DNA of 64,000 bases from Candidatus Harrisonbacteria bacterium (GCA_023245035.1 JAHFLD010000002.1:131517-195516), one strand, 5' to 3'. Positions 1-9,702 are shown, counted from the stretch's first letter. The notes: generated from the sequence alone by a model not told the origin. Program-made: numbers and translations.

Positions 1-2
1 GC

Positions 3-350
3 GGGTGGCTCCACCTCTTTGGAAATACAATCCGGACACTCAATAATCTCGTCTTGACTTTCGATCCGACAATAGCCGAAACCGAGGCAAATGTTGCAAT
101 CCGGTTTGGCGGCTTTTTGAACATGATCAAGTTGGAAATTGCAGAGCTTGCTTCGGGGCGCAATCTTGTCGTAGAGCAGGCCACAATTACGGCAGGTGAG
201 CTTGATTATCCGCTGTTTGAGATTCAACCCGGGACCGATTCTTGCATTTGGACCAAAGGGCGGAAAGGCAAACCAAACTTGCAATTCAATCTTGCCAGTA
301 CCACAGGCGGCACAGTTGCCAGCGTGGATGAAGTCTTGATTTTTTGGCAT
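3..350 (-). CDS. Cys-rich zinc-finger-like hypothetical protein, partial (runs off window start)
   Basis: Translated by hand, not in ORF track: MPKNQDFIHAGNCAAC...CRNC...CNICLGFG...CPDC; GGAGG RBS upstream. Confidence 0.7.
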   Translation of the reverse strand, partial: MPKNQDFIHAGNCAACGTGKIELQVWFAFPPFGPNARIGPGLNLKQRIIKLTCRNCGLLYDKIAPRSKLCNFQLDHVQKAAKPDCNICLGFGYCRIESQDEIIECPDCISKEVEPP

Positions 351-490
351 CGACAAACCTCCTTGTTAAGGTTCTATAAATAGTGTCTTTGAAACCAGGC
401 AAGATGTCAATTTGAATTTGGTAAATTTTTATATTCCCCAGCTTTGCGCCAATCGCGCTGTGCTATACTCCAAAAGCGCAAAATAAAATT

Positions 491-844
491 ATGGAAAATC
501 TACAAGATGTTTTTAATCGGATTCAGGAACAGGCCAAAGAACAGCGGGTTATGAAAGAAGCTTATCGCGAGAGCTTGGAGTCCAACACCGAATATCAGGA
601 GCTGGTGGAAAAACTTCAGGGTTTAAAGGATCGCAAAAAGCAAATTGAATTTATGGTTAGCGAGCAGTTGGCGGATCAGATGGAAAAAATTGAGCGGATT
701 CAAAAAGCCATCGCTTCCGACAAGCAGATTCTAGCCGATATCGCGCTCTCAACTTATGTTAAGGGCGAGCAGGTGGAGGTTGTTGGCCCCAAGAATGAGC
801 CGTACGAGCCGCAATTTAGCGTTCGCTTTAAGAAGAAACCGTAG
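491..844 (+). CDS. Conserved coiled-coil hypothetical protein
   Basis: 117-aa ORF rich in E/K/Q, TATACT upstream. Confidence 0.75.
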   Translation: MENLQDVFNRIQEQAKEQRVMKEAYRESLESNTEYQELVEKLQGLKDRKKQIEFMVSEQLADQMEKIERIQKAIASDKQILADIALSTYVKGEQVEVVGPKNEPYEPQFSVRFKKKP

Positions 845-923
845 ATGGCGAGAACAGAGGGTTAGCGCAGATGCTGTAAATGTTTTATGTGTTCATGGTG
901 GCGCAAATGGCCAACTTTCTGCT

Positions 924-1319
924 TTAACGAACGGCTTCACCGAAGGCTTCGTCTTCACTGTCGGCTATGGCCTCGGACTTAGTGCGGTGAATTCGGCCGT
1001 CGATGTGATTGGGCGGGGTATAGACGGTGAAAATTTTGAGCGGCTCACTGCCGGTATTTATAAAGTTGTGGCGAGTTCCGGGTGTGACGATGACCACGTC
1101 GCCAGGGTTAATTAAAGACTCCACGCCATTGATTATCGCCTTGCCGGTGCCGCTTAAAAAGAAGAGGGTTTGTTCAACATGAGTGTGGACTTCTTCGCCG
1201 ATTTCAATCTGTGGCGGAATGCTCATCACAACCAGCTGGCTTTGTTTTTCGGTAAAAAGCACTTGGCGAAAGTTGGTATTTTCGCGGGCGGCTTTGAAGA
1301 TATTGATTTTGAAGGACAT
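924..1319 (-). CDS. Cupin domain protein
   Basis: EIGEEVH...EQ...G.G and PGTRHNF cupin motifs. Confidence 0.9.
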   Translation of the reverse strand: MSFKINIFKAARENTNFRQVLFTEKQSQLVVMSIPPQIEIGEEVHTHVEQTLFFLSGTGKAIINGVESLINPGDVVIVTPGTRHNFINTGSEPLKIFTVYTPPNHIDGRIHRTKSEAIADSEDEAFGEAVR

Positions 1320-1344
1320 ATGTCACTAGTGTAATCTAAATATT

Positions 1345-1992
1345 ATGAAGCGTCAGCCTTTAGCTAAATCGTCAGAATCTCGGCCGGTTAATTACGATGG
1401 AAGCAGGTGCCAGTGGACGCGCGATGACGTCTTGATGAATGAATATCACGACCATGAGTGGGGCGTGCCGTTGAGAGACGCCCAGAAGCTGTTTGAGTTT
1501 TTGGTTTTAGACGCTTTTCAGGCTGGTTTAAGCTGGCGAACGGTGCTTTATAAGCGAGAAAATTTTAGGAGGGCATTTGACGGATTTAATCCGGAACGCA
1601 TCGCCAAGTATGGATCCACGCAGGTGGCAAAACTTCTGCGAGATGAGGGGATTATTCGCAATCGAGCCAAAGTCGCCGGAACGATTAAAAACGCCCGGGC
1701 TTTTTTGGAGTTTCGCCGGTCGGGCAAAAGTTTCGCGGAATTGGTTTGGCAATCGGTTAAGGGCAAGCCAAAAGTTAATCGGTGGAGAAAAATGGGAGAG
1801 TTGCCGGCGCGGACCAAGGAGTCGGATTTTTTGAGCGCGTTGCTTAAAGAGAATGGCTTTGTTTTTGTGGGCAGTACGATTTGTTATGCCTTTATGCAGG
1901 CGGCTGGATTGGTGAATGACCACGTGATAAGCTGTCCGCGCTTTAAAGCGGTTCTTGATTTGAGTTTGCCAAGCAGACCAAGTAGAGGGTAG
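1345..1992 (+). CDS. tag: DNA-3-methyladenine glycosylase I
   Basis: RC.W, YHDHEWGVP, FQAGLSW, GIIRNRAK, FMQAAGLVNDH motifs. Confidence 0.95.
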   Translation: MKRQPLAKSSESRPVNYDGSRCQWTRDDVLMNEYHDHEWGVPLRDAQKLFEFLVLDAFQAGLSWRTVLYKRENFRRAFDGFNPERIAKYGSTQVAKLLRDEGIIRNRAKVAGTIKNARAFLEFRRSGKSFAELVWQSVKGKPKVNRWRKMGELPARTKESDFLSALLKENGFVFVGSTICYAFMQAAGLVNDHVISCPRFKAVLDLSLPSRPSRG

Positions 1993-2033
1993 AATCTAAA
2001 AAGCACGTTCGTTTTTGAGCGAAAGGAGCCTGC

Positions 2034-2183
2034 GTGCTGATGTCTAACGGGCGATTGTACCGACCGCTACCTTACTTTCTGCCGTTCGATACTCGACGCA
2101 ACCGTTGCGTGCCATTCAGGATGCTCTTCCGCCACTTCTCGGCGATACGAAGGAAGTTCGGGAAGCGGAAGAGAGGATGGTGA
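2034..2183 (+). CDS. Putative small basic protein (49 aa)
   Basis: AAAGGAG RBS, GTG start, TGA stop followed by hairpin gagcccccaagtcgggggcttc and a T-rich tail. Confidence 0.4.
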   Translation: MLMSNGRLYRPLPYFLPFDTRRNRCVPFRMLFRHFSAIRRKFGKRKRGW

Positions 2184-2218
2184 TCGCGAGCCCCCAAGTC
2201 GGGGGCTTCTTTATTGGG

Positions 2219-2342
2219 AGGACCACTCATTTTGATGCATTTTTTTGTTGCGGGCTCCGGTGCTCAACGCAGTACTTGTATAAGTACAGCTTATTCCGCT
2301 CCTCGCCCGCGCCTCAAACTGCATTCAAAATGCGTAGGTCCT
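2219..2342. repeat. Dispersed ~125-bp MITE-like element, family A copy 1
   Basis: AGGAC...GTCCT termini; core cgcagtacttg.ataagtacagcttattcc shared with copies at 9322 and 35089. Confidence 0.85.
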
Positions 2343-2390
2343 AAAAAATACTATACAAATTAATTGGAACTAGGCCTGAGCCTTGAACTA

Positions 2391-2424
2391 CCTGCCCGAA
2401 CGATTACGTTCAGTCGGGCGGGCA
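2391..2424. repeat. Palindromic REP-like repeat, family B
   Basis: cctgcccgaacgattacgttcagtcgggcgggca, a reverse-orientation match to copies at 9424, 9573 and 29824. Confidence 0.8.
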
Positions 2425-2468
2425 TCCTAATTCTTAAGTCCCGATAGGGTAAGAATATCCGTGTTCTG

Positions 2469-3026
2469 TTACAGATTCACCGGAACTAGACCCGCGCCTT
2501 GGCGAAGGATTTTGATTTTATCGCCGTTAAATTCCAGCAGAGTTGAGGGCTGGCCGGAAATTTCGCCACCGTCTAGATAGATTTTGATTCGGTCGCCAAA
2601 GTAGCTTTGCGCCTCTTTGATGTTGCGTGCCGTTGGCTCACCTTGCGGATTGGCGCTTGGCGCCAAAAGCGGGCCGGTTGTTTGGAGTAGCGCTTGCAGG
2701 GTGGCTTTGGCCGGAACTCGAAAGGCCAGCGAGTTCATTCCCCGATGGAGATAGGCGAATTTTGGATTGACACAGGGAAGGATAACGCTAAACGTGCCAG
2801 GCCAGAGCTTGGCGAGAATCTCTTTTTGGCGCGGAGTCGGCGTGATGCCAAATTTTTCCAGCTCCGAAATATCGGCGATTAAAATAATGCAGGGCTTGTT
2901 TTCATCCCGCCCGCGAATGGCGTAGAGATTTTCTACCGCTTCGGGTAGCAATGCCGAGGCGACTAGGCCGTAGATTGTATCGGTCGGAATGATTGCGAGG
3001 GCGCCATTTTTTATGGAATCCATCAT
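2469..3026 (-). CDS. tsaC: L-threonylcarbamoyladenylate synthase (Sua5/YrdC family)
   Basis: PTDTIYGL, WPG, AFRVP, SANP motifs. Confidence 0.92.
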   Translation of the reverse strand: MMDSIKNGALAIIPTDTIYGLVASALLPEAVENLYAIRGRDENKPCIILIADISELEKFGITPTPRQKEILAKLWPGTFSVILPCVNPKFAYLHRGMNSLAFRVPAKATLQALLQTTGPLLAPSANPQGEPTARNIKEAQSYFGDRIKIYLDGGEISGQPSTLLEFNGDKIKILRQGAGLVPVNL

Positions 3027-3061
3027 AGGGTGAAGGAGGGGGTGCGGCTTGTAGAAAAAAA

Positions 3062-3748
3062 TTAGGACGAATTGGGGATGACTATTTTGGCGGTTTGAGT
3101 TCCCAGGCGGATTATGGCTTCGTCGTGAACGACGAGCGGGATCTCCTCTTTTTGATTGTCGGCGTAGATGACCGCCGGACCACGGATGATGCGGATTTTG
3201 ATGACGCTTTGCTCCTTGAGAACCATGTGGTCGGACTGCTCGGTGCTGTTGTTGAAGGCGAGGCCAATGCCGAGTTCAAAAAAGCTATCGGTGATACTGC
3301 GGTAATAGGCGCTGGAGCCAAAAGGGGTGGCGACCACGATACCGTCGCCGATGATTTCGCTACCGACTGGCGCGTCGTTGACGGTTAAGGCGTAGCGAAT
3401 GGCGTGGCGCGGGTTTTGGTTGTGTAGAATAATATCGTTGAGCGCGGTTAGTGTTTTTTGGTGGGCGGTTACTTCGAGTTTGGGCATGGTTTCAATAGAA
3501 TACTGACTGCTGATCACGCGACGCAAAACCTCTTCATTGGTATGCGAGGAGCACTTTTTGCAGATGGCGCTGTTTTTGAGGACGATTTTTGGAATTCCGG
3601 GATAGAGATGTTCGGATTCCATGAGCGTGCCATCACCGCCGAAACTTGCTACAAAATCGGGGCTTGCTTCGGTCACGGCAAAGCCGAGTTTTTTAATGAT
3701 CGGCGCGAGTTGGTGGTGGTCTTTACCGAAGAGGAGGATAGATGGCAT
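3062..3748 (-). CDS. nadK: NAD kinase family protein
   Basis: GGDGT, ALND and GDGIVVATPFGSSAY motifs. Confidence 0.88.
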   Translation of the reverse strand: MPSILLFGKDHHQLAPIIKKLGFAVTEASPDFVASFGGDGTLMESEHLYPGIPKIVLKNSAICKKCSSHTNEEVLRRVISSQYSIETMPKLEVTAHQKTLTALNDIILHNQNPRHAIRYALTVNDAPVGSEIIGDGIVVATPFGSSAYYRSITDSFFELGIGLAFNNSTEQSDHMVLKEQSVIKIRIIRGPAVIYADNQKEEIPLVVHDEAIIRLGTQTAKIVIPNSS

Positions 3749-3838
3749 GGTTGAAGTTTAGGATAGAAGATTGATTTGAGCGAGTCTAGCTGTACGATTT
3801 ATTGAGTTTTTACCGAAAAAGGGTTATTGTTTGACCAT

Positions 3839-3912
3839 TGCCGGGTCGTCTAATGGTAGGACAGCGGCCTTTGAAGCCGTGAATCTTGGTTCGATTCCAG
3901 GCCCGGCAGCCA
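3839..3912 (+). tRNA. tRNA-Gln(TTG)
   Basis: Cloverleaf, anticodon loop ctttgaa, GGTTCGATTCC T-arm, encoded CCA. Confidence 0.95.
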
Positions 3913-3957
3913 CATTGTATTTAAAAAGTTGAAAATATAATTTTAATATCGCTTGAT

Positions 3958-4419
3958 ATGAAGTGGAAGAAACCACCAAGAATTAAAATTTATGAGGCGC
4001 TTGGTTCGGTGGCTGATAAGCGAATCGAAATTCTAGGAAATACAGCTAAGGTCTATTCTTCGAGTGGAAATAAATTTTATGAAGTTTCCTTTGATGGAGA
4101 AAGAAATGCCATTATGGCAAATGACAACGGTTCTTACTGGCATGGTTATCTTGGTTATCCAGCTATAGCATTTTTGTTTAAGGTGGGATTGCTTGAATTA
4201 AAGCCGGACATAGCGAATCTTCTTGCTGGAATTAAGTGGAAGGATTTAAATCAGAAATTTAAAAATGATTTTGATAAGACGCTAGAATATATCGGGGAGT
4301 CTTTTGATGCTGCCGAGAAAAATATTATCTTGTCTTATGTAGAAGAGATTGAGCAAAAAATTGTTGAGCTTGACTTGAATCTTCTTGGTGATAAGACGAT
4401 GCCACCACGCGGTTATTGA
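3958..4419 (+). CDS. Conserved hypothetical protein
   Basis: 153-aa ORF with IKIYEALG...NDNGSYW.GYLGYP. Confidence 0.75.
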   Translation: MKWKKPPRIKIYEALGSVADKRIEILGNTAKVYSSSGNKFYEVSFDGERNAIMANDNGSYWHGYLGYPAIAFLFKVGLLELKPDIANLLAGIKWKDLNQKFKNDFDKTLEYIGESFDAAEKNIILSYVEEIEQKIVELDLNLLGDKTMPPRGY

Positions 4420-4518
4420 ATATTTATTGCAGAGATATTTTCCCGGGAAAACTCAATAAATACAAATCGAAGTTGGGATGTGTGATGAAAGTATTAGATC
4501 TGTGTTAGAATAGAAACT

Positions 4519-4743
4519 ATGAAAAAGTTTACATGCAAGGAAATTATGAATGGTGATGGCGGATGCGATATGGTGTTTGAAGGCGTGGAAATGATGGATG
4601 TCGCAGGTCAATGCGGTAGACATGTCGCCGGTACGACTGATACTTTGCATAAGCCGATGCGGGATATGATGACAGCCAATCATACCGAGGAAGAAAAGAA
4701 AAAGTGGTTTGAATGGTTTAAGGGTGTTTGGGACGCTAAATAA
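4519..4743 (+). CDS. Small metal-binding protein (DUF1059-like)
   Basis: FTC......GGCD....G and later His residues. Confidence 0.65.
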   Translation: MKKFTCKEIMNGDGGCDMVFEGVEMMDVAGQCGRHVAGTTDTLHKPMRDMMTANHTEEEKKKWFEWFKGVWDAK

Positions 4744-4757
4744 AACTTTGGAATTGT

Positions 4758-5141
4758 ATGGAAGTTTTAATTGGAACACTCGCATACCTTATCGCAACCT
4801 TTCCGCTGGCTTTTTTTTGGCACATGAAAATATTCAGAACCAAATATATGGCTTGGGGATATTTTGGCGAGGATGCAAAGATCGCTTTCGGATTTCTCTC
4901 AATGATATTGCAGGGCGTTGTTTTGTCCTATGGATACTCGGTGCTTTCAGCGGATCACTCCTCAATGTCTATTGGTATTAAATATGCTTTTGTTATGGGG
5001 CTTTTTCTTTGGAGTACGCACGTGTTAGCGGCAATCGCCAAGAACTCTAAATTGAGACATCTTGAATTTGTTGCAATGGAGACAATCTATTTGGCTATTC
5101 AGTTTGGCGTTTATGGAATCCTTATAAGTTTAATTTTTTAA
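4758..5141 (+). CDS. Four-TM membrane protein
   Basis: Four hydrophobic segments. Confidence 0.75.
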   Translation: MEVLIGTLAYLIATFPLAFFWHMKIFRTKYMAWGYFGEDAKIAFGFLSMILQGVVLSYGYSVLSADHSSMSIGIKYAFVMGLFLWSTHVLAAIAKNSKLRHLEFVAMETIYLAIQFGVYGILISLIF

Positions 5142-5270
5142 GCAAGTTTCGCCCATATCTAATTTAAAAAAAGACCCCGCGCTCCCAAGCTTCGTAGCTT
5201 GAAATCACGGGGTTGAGGACCAAGGCCAGAGGATCAAGAGATCCAAAAGGGCCCAGGTCAAAGAGCCAAG

Positions 5271-5945
5271 TTACTTGCGGCGAACAAAGACGAACAGATT
5301 GCCAGCGCACCACTTATTGCCAAGATGACCGCAGTAGCCGTTCAGCCAGACGTCAGCGATACGGCGAAACACGTCGAACACCTTGGGGTAGCCGCCTGAA
5401 CCGGTGATCGGATCCATGGCCACCACGATCCACTCGCCCATCGGCTGATCCGTATACTGCAGACGCAGTTGCGGACCGACTTCGGCGGGGCAGAGCTCAA
5501 GACCGAACTCCTTGGCCTTGGCGCAGATGTCCCGGTAGATGACGCCATTTTGGAGGCCAAGCTCGGCGATGGTGAGAAGCACGAGATCAACTTCAATCTC
5601 GGTGGGGCTCACCGTCAAAGCGGGCTGGCCCAAGATGTCGTTTGCGTGGTCGCTGATGCGGAACTTGAGGCTCTTTATCGCCTTACGGAAGTCGTCAGCG
5701 GTTTTGAGACCGGTGCCGAGCTTGATCGTCTTCCAGATGGGGAAATCACGAGGAGTTGAAGGAGTGCGTCGGGAAACGATGAGGTCTCCTCGAAGGAAGG
5801 CTTGGACACCCTCCGCCGTACCCATGTGAGCATCTTGCCCGATCTTCATGAGCGCGGCATCCAATTGTCCGCGCGTGAAATCCTTAAGTTCGTTTATGCT
5901 TCCCATGTGGGGTTGCTCTTTCTCCAGCTTGTTGCCGGAAATCAT
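5271..5945 (-). CDS. CPR-type hypothetical protein (GLELCPAEVGPQLRLQY family); start uncertain
   Basis: Long ORF with biased codon usage; C-terminal W...FVFVRRK. Confidence 0.75.
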   Translation of the reverse strand: MISGNKLEKEQPHMGSINELKDFTRGQLDAALMKIGQDAHMGTAEGVQAFLRGDLIVSRRTPSTPRDFPIWKTIKLGTGLKTADDFRKAIKSLKFRISDHANDILGQPALTVSPTEIEVDLVLLTIAELGLQNGVIYRDICAKAKEFGLELCPAEVGPQLRLQYTDQPMGEWIVVAMDPITGSGGYPKVFDVFRRIADVWLNGYCGHLGNKWCAGNLFVFVRRK

Positions 5946-6188
5946 GCTTCTACCCAAAGCGGGGGCCTGGCCAAAATGGTCATAGCCAGAAAGCCTCGTT
6001 TGCAAGACCTTTTGGCTATGACCACCTTTTTTGTCGCTATTTAATGAACTGTTGGTATTGTGGCACGCAAAGTCTTATTTTGTCAATATCCCTCGGTAAT
6101 TATCTTAACAGCGCGTTACTGATTTGAGTTATGCACATAAAAAAACCGCGGGGGGAGCGGTTTGGGTGAGGACGACTATTTTTTGCGG

Positions 6189-6437
6189 TCAGCGACGAAT
6201 CACGCGAAATGGAGCCTTGTGTCGACATTCACGGCAGAGGTAGAACTTTTCCCAGCGGAATCTGTGGCCGTCTATCATCTCTTTCATGAAGTGTGCCGAG
6301 CCGACTCCGCGCATACGGCAGTTACGCAGACTACAACGCATGTTGGCGTGCTTGGGGCAGAGGCTATCTTGCGATACCGGCTTCTTGCAAGTTCCACCGA
6401 GAGCAAAGCGAAAGACGCACCCGCGTGCGAATGACAT
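6189..6437 (-). CDS. Small Cys-rich protein
   Basis: AAGGAG RBS; CPKH, CSLRNC and CREC motifs. Confidence 0.6.
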   Translation of the reverse strand: MSFARGCVFRFALGGTCKKPVSQDSLCPKHANMRCSLRNCRMRGVGSAHFMKEMIDGHRFRWEKFYLCRECRHKAPFRVIRR

Positions 6438-6513
6438 GCCAAGACTCCTTCAATTTATGGGTCAAAAAATGAGCTTTCGGTACTTTAGCATCACATCTTC
6501 AAGCGCGCAATGT

Positions 6514-8304
6514 TTATTTACGAGCGCTGTTTTTGAGAACGCGCTTGCGGAGGCGGATGTTTTGCGGAGTAACTTCCACCAGTTCATCGTCGCCGATGTA
6601 TTCCAGCGCTTGTTCAAGCGACATCAAGCGAGGCGGAATCAAATCCGAGCTTAATTGCTCCACCTTGGCGCGAAAATTGTTGAGCTGTTTTAACTTGCAA
6701 ACATTCGCGATCATATCCAGTTCTTTGGCGTTTTGACCGACGATTTGGCCTTCGTAAACTTTGACGGCCGGGCCGACGAAGAGCTCGCCGCGTTCCTGGG
6801 TATTCAATAAGCCGTAGGAGGTGGTGGTTCCGGCTTCGGAGGCGACGATTGAACCATGCGGATTGCTTTCCAAGCCGTTCGCAAGCGGATGATAGCCCGC
6901 GAAGAGGGTGTTCATGATGCCGTTGCCCTTGGTCTCAATCAAAAATTCATTGCGGAAGCCGATAAGTCCGCGGGTTGGGATAAAAAAGTGAAAGGAGGCG
7001 ATGCCGTTTTCCACGTGCATATTCCGCAGTTCGCCTTTGCGCTTGCTCATTTTTTCGATGGTGGTTCCGGAATAAGACTCGGGAACTTCCAGCCAGGCGT
7101 CTTCGAACGGCTCTTGGGTTTGGCCGTTTTCGGTTTTGAAAATAACTTCGGGGCGGGAGACTTGAAGTTCGTAGCCCTCGCGGCGCATTTTTTCAATCAA
7201 GATAGAAAGGTGAAGTTCACCACGGCCGGAGACCACGAACTCGTCGGGGGATTTTCCGTCTTCCACTCGCAGGGCGACGTCGTTGTCTAATTCTTTTTCC
7301 AAACGCTCTCCCAAGTTGCGCGAGGTGCAGAACTTACCCTCTTTGCCAGCAAAAGGCGAGTTGTTAACCGAGAAGATCATCTTGACAGTCGGTTGCTCGA
7401 TGGCAATCGGGGCGAGAGCTTCCGGATTTTCGGCGTCCGCGATGGTATCGCCGATGCTAATGCCATCAATGCCGGCGATAGCGGCGATGTCGCCGGCGAT
7501 AACTTCGGAGGTTTCAATCCGAGCGAGTCCCATAAAGGTGGTGATGTTGGTTAATTTGCCGGAAATTGACTGGCCTTCGCGGGTGATTCGGGTAATCGGC
7601 TGGCCGACTTTCATAATTCCTCGGCTAACTCGACCAATGCCGATCTTGCCCTTAAAGTTGTCGTAAGAGACCGAGACGACCATCAACTGCAGATTGCCCT
7701 TGGTGTCGGCTTTGGGCGCGGGGATGTGCTCGATAATGGCCTCAAACATCGGTTTCATGTCGGCCATCTTTTCCAATTCCGGCACGTGGCCGGCTTTGCC
7801 GAGTTTTCCGGCGGCATAAACAATCGGGAAGTTGAGCTGTTCGTCGGTGGCGTTTAATTCAATAAAAAGTTCCAGTACCTTGTCTAGTACGTAATTAACC
7901 CGCGCGTTTTTTTTATCCACCTTGTTGATGACGACAATAATTTTGTGACCCATCCCGAGGGCTTTTTTGAGAACGAAGCGGGTTTGAGGCATGGGGCCTT
8001 CCTGGGCGTCTACCAAAAGAAGCGAGCCGTCGGCCATATTCAAGACTCGTTCCACCTCGCCGCCGAAGTCGGCGTGACCGGGGGTGTCGATGATATTAAT
8101 TTTGGTTTCGCCGTACATGATGGCGGCGTTTTTGGAAAAAATCGTAATGCCGCGCTCTCGCTCGATTTCGTTGGAGTCCATTATGAGTTCTTTGTCGCTA
8201 AACTTGCCGAGGTCGGTGTCGGATTGTTTTAGCAAGGTATCCACGAGCGTGGTCTTGCCGTGGTCAACGTGAGCGATAATGGCGATGTTGCGAAGTTGGG
8301 ACAT
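6514..8304 (-). CDS. typA: Translational GTPase TypA/BipA
   Basis: RNIAIIAHVDHGKTT, DTPGHADFGGEVER, GRGELHL, EVTPQNIRLRK. Confidence 0.97.
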   Translation of the reverse strand: MSQLRNIAIIAHVDHGKTTLVDTLLKQSDTDLGKFSDKELIMDSNEIERERGITIFSKNAAIMYGETKINIIDTPGHADFGGEVERVLNMADGSLLLVDAQEGPMPQTRFVLKKALGMGHKIIVVINKVDKKNARVNYVLDKVLELFIELNATDEQLNFPIVYAAGKLGKAGHVPELEKMADMKPMFEAIIEHIPAPKADTKGNLQLMVVSVSYDNFKGKIGIGRVSRGIMKVGQPITRITREGQSISGKLTNITTFMGLARIETSEVIAGDIAAIAGIDGISIGDTIADAENPEALAPIAIEQPTVKMIFSVNNSPFAGKEGKFCTSRNLGERLEKELDNDVALRVEDGKSPDEFVVSGRGELHLSILIEKMRREGYELQVSRPEVIFKTENGQTQEPFEDAWLEVPESYSGTTIEKMSKRKGELRNMHVENGIASFHFFIPTRGLIGFRNEFLIETKGNGIMNTLFAGYHPLANGLESNPHGSIVASEAGTTTSYGLLNTQERGELFVGPAVKVYEGQIVGQNAKELDMIANVCKLKQLNNFRAKVEQLSSDLIPPRLMSLEQALEYIGDDELVEVTPQNIRLRKRVLKNSARK

Positions 8305-8465
8305 ATAAAAGATTAGAGAATAAAAAAGCCGGGGTTGTTTCCCAAGCAGTGGTAGGGGAATGGTACACAAAAGCCGACGGCTTGTCAAAAAAAGTCCCGC
8401 GTTTATCTGGCGGGACTTTGGAGTATTACTATTTTTGGCGCTGGGGTGCTGGAGCCCCTAGGAAT

Positions 8466-8780
8466 TCAGGGTGTAAAAACCTTGGTATCCATCTGGTAAT
8501 TCCACCCGACTTCCACCTTGGATCCTTCCTCGCCATACAGTTCGTAGGAGTTCGTTGCCCCAGCGTCCATTTTGACTTCGATAATCCACGTGTCGGGGAC
8601 GGATGCGTAGGATTCTATCGATGTCAGGAAGTTGGTTTGTTTTGCCGAGTGCGCTGGTCGAAGTGTCTTCTTAACAACGGTTCCATGGTAGTTTCTGGAA
8701 CATGGATTGCAGGAGGTGGTGAAAATTGTAACGGCGGCCAGGAATCCAAGCGACAAGAGTCGCTTCGTAATGGAACTCAT
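8466..8780 (-). CDS. Putative lipoprotein
   Basis: Signal peptide ending TTSC. Confidence 0.6.
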   Translation of the reverse strand: MSSITKRLLSLGFLAAVTIFTTSCNPCSRNYHGTVVKKTLRPAHSAKQTNFLTSIESYASVPDTWIIEVKMDAGATNSYELYGEEGSKVEVGWNYQMDTKVFTP

Positions 8781-8908
8781 GGTACCTGCTTTTCAAGGAA
8801 CTGCCGAAACGCTCGGTTAGGCGGCGTCTCTAAAAATTAGAGGACTTGCCTAGTTTTGTCTATATCTATTTTTTTGTCAAGCCCGACGCAGTAGACGCGC
8901 GCAAGGGG

Positions 8909-8936
8909 TTGACAGGATTAATAGGCCTGCTATAAT
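8909..8936 (+). promoter_or_regulatory. Consensus sigma70 promoter
   Basis: TTGACA-N16-TATAAT with TG extension. Confidence 0.8.
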
Positions 8937-8942
8937 GGCGAA

Positions 8943-9317
8943 GCCAACTTGGCATTGCCCTTCTGTCGCCTGTCTGTAAGAGGGCTGGTTAGAACAGTTT
9001 AGGGTCCTTCGAGAACAACGGACTTCCTGCCGTTGCGAAGGTAGGCTACAGGAACTCCCCCGGGTTTTATCCCTTGTACGCGGGTGAGACGGCAAAAACA
9101 TACAATGGATACTGTCGCGGAGTTTGCTCAAACTTCTATGACGGTTGGCACCGAAATTAAAATGGGCTAGGAAGACGAAATTTGTCGGCGGGTAATTGGT
9201 CCAAACCCGTTTGACCTTGGCAGTAACTCTGCCCCGCTTCGCTTCTGAAATAACAAAGGACTTTCCCAGTAGCGGCAGGATGCCTAACAGCGTTTTGCCC
9301 CTACTGGGTCTTTTTTT
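8943..9317 (+). ncRNA. Candidate ~370-nt structured ncRNA of unknown family
   Basis: Strong promoter, several helices (gccaac/gttggc, cctgcc/ggtagg, aactcc/ggagtt), terminator at 9265-9317, no long ORF. Confidence 0.55.
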
Positions 9318-9321
9318 ATGC

Positions 9322-9476
9322 AGGACATAAGGCTTCGGCGTATTTCCTCGTTGCTGACTGCGGTGCTCAACGCAGTACTTGGATAAGTACAGCTTATTCC
9401 GCTCCTCGCCCGCGCCTCGAACTGCCCGCCCGACTGAAGGTAGTCGTTCGGGCGGGCATCCAAATCCATATTTCCT
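9322..9476. repeat. Family A element copy 2, containing a nested family B palindrome (9424-9458)
   Basis: Aligns with 2219-2342 and 35089-35211 apart from the palindrome insert. Confidence 0.8.
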
Positions 9477-9521
9477 ATTTAATAGACTTAATTACGAATA
9501 AATACAAAGTGAATTAAATCA

Positions 9522-9618
9522 ACGAACCCGTCTCCGCTAAACCTACCCGCAGGCAGGCAGGGCTACGGGCGGGCCCGCCCGACTGAAAGTAGTCGTTCGG
9601 GCGGGCAAGTTTACGAAT
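9522..9618. repeat. Composite nested palindromic repeat
   Basis: Near-identical to 29774-29870. Confidence 0.8.
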
Positions 9619-9665
9619 AAACATCTTCACGTTGGCGCTCAAATGTGAAGGTTCTAAAGTTTTGT

Positions 9666-9694
9666 TTGCTATTTAGTCGCGGTTATTTTATGAT
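9666..9694 (+). promoter_or_regulatory. Putative promoter of array 1
   Basis: TTGCTA-N17-TATGAT. Confidence 0.6.
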
Positions 9695-9702
9695 ATTGTT
9701 TC

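Noticed and set aside
54-383. + strand ORF of 109 aa
   Set aside because: Likely shadow of the minus-strand Cys-rich gene
2219-2232. Resemblance of array 1 unit 1 spacers to the end of a family A element (ggaccactcatt)
   Set aside because: Imperfect, short and seen in one copy only
8943-9317. tmRNA
   Set aside because: No tRNA-like acceptor or T-arm, and the short ORF does not end in an Ala-rich tag
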